Shown: in pieces, positions 62,831 to 64,000 of the stretch | Layout: each line of letters opens with the position of its first letter | How positions within the stretch are numbered: position 1 is the first letter of the stretch | Source: Octopus vulgaris | Lineage: Eukaryota | Length of the DNA: 64,000 nt | Assembly (NCBI GenBank): GCA_951406725.2 | Contig: OX597820.1 | Coordinates: 36,952,001 to 37,016,000, forward strand | Direction: 5' to 3' | The notes under the pieces: model-generated | Database searches by the model: none | Seen by the model: the letters and a program-made list of their open reading frames with translations, nothing else | What the model was told of the DNA's origin: nothing | Program-made: the position numbers and the translations under genes

Positions 62831-63570
62831 TAAATACATAAAGAAGATTTCACTCTGTGTTTGTCTATATTTATTATATTCTGCTTCCCTTAACTTCTCA
62901 TCCCATTTCACATGATGACCAGTTCTCTGCCTCTGGTCTGTCCTCTCAAACTTCTATTCTTATCTATCATAAATCTCATGATATTTTTCCATAGTTTTCT
63001 TCAGTCTCTTTCTTCCAGTTCTATCTTTCATTATCTCTGATGTCTCTTCTTTGTTCATATATAATTATCTCTCATTTTTTACTATCTCTTTTTTTTTTAG
63101 TGTATCTGGTAATAACTGAGTTGACAATTTCTCACACAAGACACATCAAGAGATTTATGAAAAATATGAAAAGCTGAAGAATGACTTAATAGAAAAAATA
63201 TAAAAATATAATATTTCAACATTTTTTGAAAATGAATGGAAAATTTAGCACAGTTGATGTAAATATTAGCCACATGTTGTATGCTTGAGCTGAGTCATAT
63301 AAATTCAAGGATTAAATCTTGGAGAAGAAATCTGTCCTCAAACATACTTGAAAGATGTTATGTATAACTGAGACAAAAGTACAAATATTTTCAAATATTT
63401 ATGTCAGATAAAATAGACTGTATTATCAGTAAGTTTTGATCTCCTGATTATTCAGTAGTCTAGCATGTTAATCACAGTGTCTCTTTGCCTTCTAACCACA
63501 CAATTTATTTTCACAAAATTATATAATAATAATAAAAAGGAATAATATTTTATGACCGACAAATCACATA

Positions 63571-64000
63571 ATGGAGGAGAGACTGTCTGAGAATCAGGTT
63601 TCTAACGAAACACAATGTGAGAATAATGAGTTTAATCACCAAACTGAAGAAGATGTAGGGAAGAAATCATACCACTGTGACATCAAAGGAAAGACATTCA
63701 TGAAAAGTAAGGACTGCAATGAAGACAAACCATTTCAAGCAGGTTCAAATGTTTACTGTTCTAAAATATGTGGTAAAGGATTTATCAGAAGTTGTTCTGT
63801 ATCTCCACATCAATGTATTGAGACATGTGAGAAACAATATCACTGTGATATGTGTGGTGAAGCATTTTCTTGGAATGAAGATGAACATTCAGCTAGTCAT
63901 GTATGCACTCACACAGGGGAAAAATCATACTGTTGTGAATTCTGTGGCAAAACATTTGCGTACATCGGAATTGCAAATACCCACAAACGTACACACACAG
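63571..64000 (+). CDS. G5: C2H2 zinc-finger protein, 5' part (runs off the window); paralog of G4
   Basis: Open frame MEERLSENQVSNETQCE...YHCDMCGEAF...HTGEKSYCCEFCGKTFAYIGIANTHKRTHT; acceptor TTTTTTAG at 63099/63100; leader homologous to that of G4. Confidence 0.88.
   Translation, partial: MEERLSENQVSNETQCENNEFNHQTEEDVGKKSYHCDIKGKTFMKSKDCNEDKPFQAGSNVYCSKICGKGFIRSCSVSPHQCIETCEKQYHCDMCGEAFSWNEDEHSASHVCTHTGEKSYCCEFCGKTFAYIGIANTHKRTHT

Overview
AT-rich eukaryotic DNA, very probably an octopus (coleoid cephalopod) genome, judged from the SINE/RTE repeat families and the style of the C2H2 genes. The window holds five tandem-array C2H2 zinc-finger genes without KRAB/SCAN/ZAD domains (G1 -, G2 -, G3 +, G4 -, G5 +). 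G5 runs off the right edge and is missing from the ORF track. G2/G3 and G4/G5 are head-to-head pairs. All five share one predicted architecture: a gene-oriented 16-bp motif (AGAGWTAHYTCYCYTG) 245-302 bp before an AT|GT(A/G)AGT donor, one intron, then a terminal exon that opens with TCT(G/A)GT(A/G)A and carries the whole CDS, which begins ME(D/E)(K/R)L(C/S). The rest is mostly transposon material: RTE, CR1/L2, CRE and Penelope relics, tRNA-derived SINEs, mariners, Helitrons, hAT/piggyBac MITEs, and GG-ended MITEs with 8-9 bp TSDs and internal telomere-like repeats. All calls were made by eye; repeat boundaries are approximate unless TIR/TSD coordinates are given.
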